A DNA stretch of 64,000 nucleotides. It comes from Porpidia crustulata (lineage: Eukaryota). The position numbers were made by a program, and so were the translations under genes. Position 1 is the first letter of the stretch. Every line of letters begins with the position of its first letter. Positions 61,579 to 64,000 of the stretch are shown here, piece by piece. The stretch covers positions 1-64,000 of the forward strand of contig CAXUWE010000001.1 in assembly GCA_964255105.1 (NCBI GenBank), in the 5' to 3' direction. A model generated the notes under the pieces. The model ran no database searches. It saw only the letters and a list, made by a program, of their open reading frames with translations, and was not told where the DNA came from.

Positions 61579-62670
61579 ATGAGGACACAGGCCATTGTAC
61601 AATGGGAAACAGGTACGTGATCGCGCATTTAGTTCAGAAGCGCAACGTGATGTTGAGCTAATACAGGGCCGTGAAGAAAGCTGCCTCTAGATTCATCCAC
61701 GACGTTACCTTCTTACGCTCAACTGCTCGCCAGCGTTGGAGAATTTCCACCTAAATCCACGGCTACAAAGTGCCAGTTCAGGCCAGAGAACACTTGTGTC
61801 CGACAGGCTACCTGAATCATTGACGATGGTCTACAAGACAATTACCAGGCGATACCGCCAAGTCAAGGCACTTTTTCAAACTTCGAGAATACTAGTGCAG
61901 GACATACTCATCCGAAGAACGAGCCGCTTTTGCCGCGTGCGGCTAAACAAATCAGCAGTGGCTCCCAGAACTTCTCTTTGAACCAAGCAGACTTAGCAAG
62001 GGCGGGTGGCGTATCAACCAACCGTCCTGGGCTTCCCAGAATATCTCTACAATCTAGCAGATGCGTAACTGGTGCACTTTTCTCTTCCACAACAAGCAAG
62101 AGATTTACTCATCCGAGGCTCAACGTCGAGCGGGATAAAGCGGAGAGACAAAAGATACATAAAAAGGTAGAGCACGATCGACGTGACCTGATCAAGCACT
62201 GGACCAAGTTTCTTGAGGAGCTGCTTCCTAGCGACCTAAAGTCAGACCCAGAAGCAAAAGCAAAAAATGGAAAGCCGAATCTACCAAAGAAGGTTATCTA
62301 CCAACTTGCATGCAAGTACATTTTCATTGAGCAAGGAAGGCACAAGGAATACAAGGCCACACTCCGTGCTCAGCCCTTGGATGAAAACGTCAAGTCCTCG
62401 GTGGTAAACGAAGAGACGAGGCACAAGCCAAAAGACGACAGCCTCCAATATGGCCAGAGTGAATTTTCGAACTTTGCGACGACAGGCAATGGGATATCCC
62501 CACTTACTCTACATGACTTGGGTGGCCGCGATCCTCCTTATTGTATTGCAGACAAGGAAGAGGATCTGTCATTCTCTACCATGACAGATAAGACATTTTT
62601 TCTAGGTACCCGACCAAGTACAGCGTGGCCCGAGTCCACGCGACCTTCAATGTATCAAGGCATTCCTTAG
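61579..62670 (+). pseudogene. Divergent bHLH transcription-factor locus interrupted by in-frame stops
   Basis: Basic region/helix 1 ERQKIHKKVEHDRRDLIKHWTKFLEELLP and helix 2 PKKVIYQLACKYI; intron 61613-61666; TGA at 61672 and 61813 in the same frame; no ATG between the last stop and the bHLH. Confidence 0.55.
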
Positions 62671-64000
62671 ATGCGTTGTTATGGCGCTACATGGAAACTT
62701 CCTGATCTCTGTGTCACCTTTGTCGATACTGCTACTTCGTACCAGAAGAGGTTCGGAGGGTTTTTTATGTTGATTAGAATACTCGCAATCTATTTTGATA
62801 TATAAATTCGGCTGAGTACCTTTACGTGCGGAGTAGAGGGTAGCGATCTGACGAATAGCAAAATGGCTTCTTGAATGTGACAATTGGGAATTGAATGTAA
62901 AGACACTGAGCATACATGTAAATAAAGAGAAAGCTATGATACCGTTCGCGACATATTATCCTAATCATTGGTCTTGATCTGTCAGTAGCGGCTCCCCGGA
63001 GGTACAGGTTCTAGACGATGGGCGCACGATATGCTGCAAGGGACACCGTCTCTAGCTTGATATCCTAGATTTCGTTCAAAACAGCTTGGATGTAATACAT
63101 CTTGACGACTGATGTATTCAAAACGTCGGAAACTTACCCGAGGATAATTACGCCAGGTGGCCAAATAGTCACAACTAGTCTATATTCGATGTCTTTACCC
63201 AAGCAATTCTCTGAATCATAATTATGCAGTACTCGTTACTATCGGGATGACAGGCGCTCAAAATCCGCTTAGAGACCGACCAAGAGGGAGCAAACGCCAA
63301 TGGTGTCATGTAGGTACTGTTGAGCGACTGTGTCATATATACTCAGATGCTCTGTAGATTGATTTGGTAGAAATCGAAAGTCAGCAGAATGACCATCATG
63401 ATAGCGACGTCAACGACGTAAGTTCCCTAGTCACCGCTGACAACGAAAGATAGTATTTAAGAAGTACCTTGACCAAAAGGCTATCAAGAATTTGCGATTT
63501 CTATTGGGGCCGGACATGGAGGTTGGAGGCTAAGGCGCTTGAAGCGAGCGACGCTTACAAGAATGTGGCACTGTGCCCGGGTAGAGGGTCGATCTTTAGT
63601 CTTGGCGTATGCGCAGGGGTGAGAAGGAAGGTCGTAGCCAGAGATAAATCGTCACATTGTTTAATAATAATAATTAACACTGTTGATCATCAAACCTTGA
63701 TGTCCACCGTCCTACTCTACTGTCAAGCTTGTCTCCATCAAATCATTCCTATAACAATTTACCCATAATCCGCACGGTTCCGCCCCTAGTTAGGGTTAAC
63801 TTCCTACTCGATCAGACAGCTTTTCCGTCGAATTTCCAAACTTGCTCTATTGTCTGGCCGTCGCCCCTCCGGACGGCTGGTCAATTGGTTGCCGTCCGCA
63901 GTGACCTCTTGCCACACGCCATGCTGCTTCCCAAAGGCGGCGTCAATTGGAAGTCCACCAAGGCACGACTACCACCATCCAGAGCCATAGTACATTTCCT

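Noticed and set aside
61672..61815. Selenocysteine or TGA-reassigned genetic code
   Set aside because: TGA ends conserved genes here at expected positions (LST8, GCD7, BCAT, sepH), Dikarya lack Sec machinery, and no SECIS was recognised.
1..64000. tRNA, rRNA, snRNA genes, transposons, secondary-metabolite backbone genes
   Set aside because: No cloverleaf, conserved snRNA/rRNA signatures, transposase/RT motifs, terminal repeats or PKS/NRPS domains seen by eye; tRNAscan-SE, Rfam and RepeatMasker would be needed to exclude them fully.

Overview
Gene-dense nuclear DNA from a filamentous ascomycete (Pezizomycotina-type GT..CTRAY..AG introns, standard genetic code). About 30 protein-coding genes are supported, mostly housekeeping: LtrA-family membrane protein, ARD1, LST8, CEX1/SCYL-like, NEM1, eIF2B-beta, PPCDC, GRX5, BCAA aminotransferase, ECT1, UPS2, DOT5, complex I 21.3 kDa subunit, SepH kinase, FOL3, YFH7-like kinase, ABC1/ADCK kinase, mitochondrial NAD carrier, QCR7, MAG1 and ECM33. 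Names come from recognised motifs, not database searches, and multi-exon boundaries were placed by eye. I found no tRNA, rRNA, CRISPR array, transposon or secondary-metabolite cluster. Points worth follow-up: (1) a minus-strand gene of at least 645 codons, missed by the ORF track, with a 22-aa tandem helical repeat; (2) several intergenic loci with intron signals and protein-like frames broken by isolated stops, the clearest being a bHLH locus with two in-frame TGAs (pseudogenes, or less likely edited/read-through genes); (3) a candidate three-exon micro-peptide gene at 16.7-17.1 kb; (4) telomere-like TTAGGG boxes and an 18-bp minisatellite in promoters; (5) a false N-gap that frameshifts the LtrA gene. 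No clear novel multi-gene system is demonstrated.
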